Positions 62,001-64,000 of a DNA stretch of 64,000 nt are shown here, one piece after another. Position 1 is the stretch's first letter. Every line of letters begins with the position of its first letter. The stretch comes from Eledone cirrhosa. Its lineage: Eukaryota. The position numbers and the translations under genes were made by a program. The DNA lies in NCBI GenBank assembly GCA_964016885.1, contig OZ024744.1, positions 2,976,001-3,040,000 on the forward strand, written 5' to 3'. The notes below the pieces were generated by a model. It did not search any database. It was not told where the DNA came from and was given only the letters and a program-made list of their open reading frames with translations.

Positions 62001-64000
62001 GTAGAGAAAGATAGCTTGGTGAAGAACGAAGTTTTGGGGGTAGACAAGGTAGAGAAAGATAGCTTGGTGAAGAACGGAGTTTTGGGGGAAGACAAGGTAG
62101 AGAAAGATAGCTTGGTGAAGAACGACGTTTTGAGGGAAGACAAGGTAGAGAAAGATAGCTTGGTGAAGAACGACGTTTTGAGGGAAGACAAGGTAGAGAA
62201 AGATAGCTTGGTGAAGAACGACGTTTTGTGGGAAGACAAGGTAGAGAAAGATAGCTTGGTGAAGAACGAAGTTTTGGGGGAAGACAAGGTAGAGAAAGAT
62301 AGCTTGGTGAAGAGGGAAGTTTTGGGAGAAGACAAGGTAGAGAAAGATAGCTTGGTGAAGAACGAAGTTTTGAGGGAAGACAAGGTAGAGAAAGATAGCT
62401 TGGTGAAGAACGACGTTTTGAGGGAAGACAAGGTAGAGAAAGATAGCTTGGTGAAGAACGACGTTTTGTGGGAAGACAAGGTAGAGAAAGATAGCTTGGT
62501 GAAGAACGAAGTTTTGGGGGAAGACAAGGTAGAGAAAGATAGCTTGGTGAAGAACGAAGTTTTGGGGGAAGACAAGGTAGAGAAAGATAGCTTGGTGAAG
62601 AACGAAGTTTTGGGGGAAGACAAGGTAGAGAAAGATAGCTTGGTGAAGAACGAAGTTTTGGGGAAGACAATGTAGAGAAAGATAGCTTGGTGAAGAACGA
62701 AGTTTTGGGGGTAGACAAGGTAGAGAAAGATAGCTTGGTGAATAACGAAGTTTTGGGAGAAGACAAGGTCGAGAAAGATAGCTTGGTGAAGAACGAAATT
62801 TTGAGGGAAGACAAGGTAGAGAAAGATAGCTTGGTGAAGAACGACGTTTTGGTGGAAGACAAGGTAGAGAAAGATAGCTTGGTGAAGAACGATATTTTGG
62901 GGAAGACAATGTAGAGAAAGATAGCTTGGTGAAGAACGAAGTTTTGGGGGAAGACAAGGTAGAGAAAGATAGCTTGGTGAAGAACGAAGTTTTGAGGGAA
63001 GACAAGGTAGAGAAAGATAGCTTGGTGAATAACGAAGTTTTGGGAGAAGACAAGGTAGAGAAAGATAGTTGGTGAAGAACGAAGTTTTGAGGGATGACAA
63101 GGTAGAGAAAGATAGCTTGGTGAAGAACGACGTTTTGAGGGAAGACAAGGTAGAGAAAGATAGCTTGGTGAAGAACGACGTTTTGTGGGAAGACAAGGTA
63201 GAGAAAGATAGCTTGGTGAAGAACGAAGTTTTGGGGGAAGACAAGGTAGAGAAAGATAGCTTGGTGAAGAACGAAGTTTTGGGGAAGACAATGTAGAGAA
63301 AGATAGCTTGGTGAAGAACGAAGTTTTGGGGGAAGACAAGGTAGAGAAAGATAGCTTGGTGAAGAACGAAGTTTTGAGGGAAGACAAGGTAGAGAAAGAT
63401 AGCTTGGTGAATAACGAAGTTTTGGGAGAAGACAAGGTAGAGAAAGATAGCTTGGTGAAGAACGACGTTTTGAGGGAAGACAAGGTAGAGAAAGATAGCT
63501 TGGTGAAGAACGAAGTTTTGGGGGAAGACAAGGTAGAGAAAGATAGCTTGGTGAAGAACGAAGTTTTGGGGGAAGACAAGGTAGAGAAAGATAGCTTGGT
63601 GAAGAACGAAGTTTTGGGGAAGACAATGTAGAGAAAGATAGCTTGGTGAAGAACGGAGTTTTGGGGGAAGACAAGGTAGAGAAAGATAGCTTGGTGAAGA
63701 ACGAAGTTTTGGGGGAAGACAAGGTAGAGAAAGATAGCTTGGTGAAGAACGAAGTTTTGAGGGAAGACAATGTAGAGAAAGATAGCTTGGTGAAGAACGA
63801 AGTTTTGGGGAAGATAATGTAGAGAAAGATAGCTTGGTGAAGAACGAAGTTTTGGGGAAGATAATGTAGAGAAAGATAGCTTGGTGAAGAACGAAGTTTT
63901 GGGGAAGACAATGTAGAGAAAGATAGCTTGGTGAAGAACGAAGTCTTGGAGGAAGACAAGGTAGAGAAAGATAGCTTGGTGAATAACGAAGTTTTGGGAG
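49050..64000. repeat. Long-range duplication: about 49.05-55.5 kb related to about 59.1-64.0 kb (offsets 10045 then 8513 bp)
   Basis: ORF starts 49434/59479, 50295/60340, 50871/60916, 51971/62016 and 53263/63308 (offset 10045). Also 54174/62687, 54556/63069 and 54795/63308, plus the private GAAGTCTTGGAGG monomer at 55415/63928 (offset 8513). Confidence 0.85.
55988..60483. repeat. Tandem duplication, 2248 bp unit (47 monomers)
   Basis: ORF starts 56131/58379, 56705/58953, 57231/59479 and 58092/60340. Shared private variants GATGGC and GAGAAGGATAG. Confidence 0.9.

Larger units (their letters stand above)
1..64000. repeat. Tandem satellite array, 48-bp monomer (47-bp and rare 49-bp indel variants), about 1,340 head-to-tail copies, running off both window ends
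   Basis: The consensus TTGGTGAAGAACGAAGTTTTGGGGGAAGACAAGGTAGAGAAAGATAGC recurs continuously from base 1 to 64000. Monomers usually differ from it by 0-4 nt. Consensus composition is A18 G18 T9 C3. No non-repeat insertion or strand switch seen. Confidence 0.99.
39601..64000. repeat. Array sub-domain D
   Basis: GGGATGAC first appears at ~39646 and recurs to ~63091. Private 49-bp insertion monomer TTTTGTTGGGAAG (~42461, 45333, 48110, 50647, 60692), AAGGGAGAG, and GAGTAAGATAG (TAA at 45884, 48661, 51198, 61243). No AAGGCAGAG or GGTAAGAAAG. Confidence 0.8.

Noticed and set aside
171-63631. More than 100 short plus-strand ORFs (MVKNEVL...GKTM) as a tandem gene family or polycistron
   Set aside because: Each begins at the monomer TTG and nearly all end just after a 1-bp indel. 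Their lengths simply track indel spacing, and there is no intergenic or regulatory sequence.
348-63959. Giant minus-strand ORFs (9023, 12431, 7353, 6763, 6269 aa and others) as real genes
   Set aside because: All three frames are open simultaneously and overlap. The starts are arbitrary TTG codons, there is no non-repetitive domain, and the peptide flips among three frames at each indel. The stop-free antisense consensus explains them fully.
1-64000. CRISPR array or variable-cassette system (constant core plus variable segment)
   Set aside because: The variable part is a few SNP alleles of one sequence, not unique spacers. There is no palindromic repeat, leader, cas gene, recombinase or reverse transcriptase in the window.
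1-64000. True telomeric repeat tract
   Set aside because: TTTTGGGG occurs once per 48 bp within a complex monomer and is never tandemly reiterated.
1-64000. Nucleosome phasing (3x48=144, 4x48=192)
   Set aside because: Numerical coincidence only. No regular trimer or tetramer periodicity is seen in the variant order.
1-64000. Hidden unique insert, transposon fragment or inversion
   Set aside because: None was seen on reading through. The six-frame translations contain only the repeat-derived peptides throughout.

Overview
The whole 64 kb window is one uninterrupted, single-orientation tandem satellite array. The monomer is 48 bp (consensus TTGGTGAAGAACGAAGTTTTGGGGGAAGACAAGGTAGAGAAAGATAGC) and there are roughly 1,340 copies. 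I see no unique sequence, transposon, inversion, RNA gene, CRISPR spacer or credible protein-coding gene. The giant minus-strand ORFs (up to 12,431 aa) arise because the consensus lacks TTA, CTA and TCA on the plus strand. The many short plus-strand ORFs (LVKNEVLGEDKVEKDS)n are in-frame runs of monomers broken by recurrent 1-bp indel variants. The informative structure lies in the variants. Monomers vary at a few positions and form fixed 4-5-monomer modules. These modules are shuffled into irregular multi-kb duplications (about 0.86-10 kb offsets, no single higher-order period), and the array divides into about four domains with different diagnostic variants. This looks like a recently amplified eukaryotic satellite, possibly centromeric, pericentromeric or subtelomeric. 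Organism and function cannot be determined from the sequence. Duplication boundaries were read by eye and from ORF-track offsets and are approximate.
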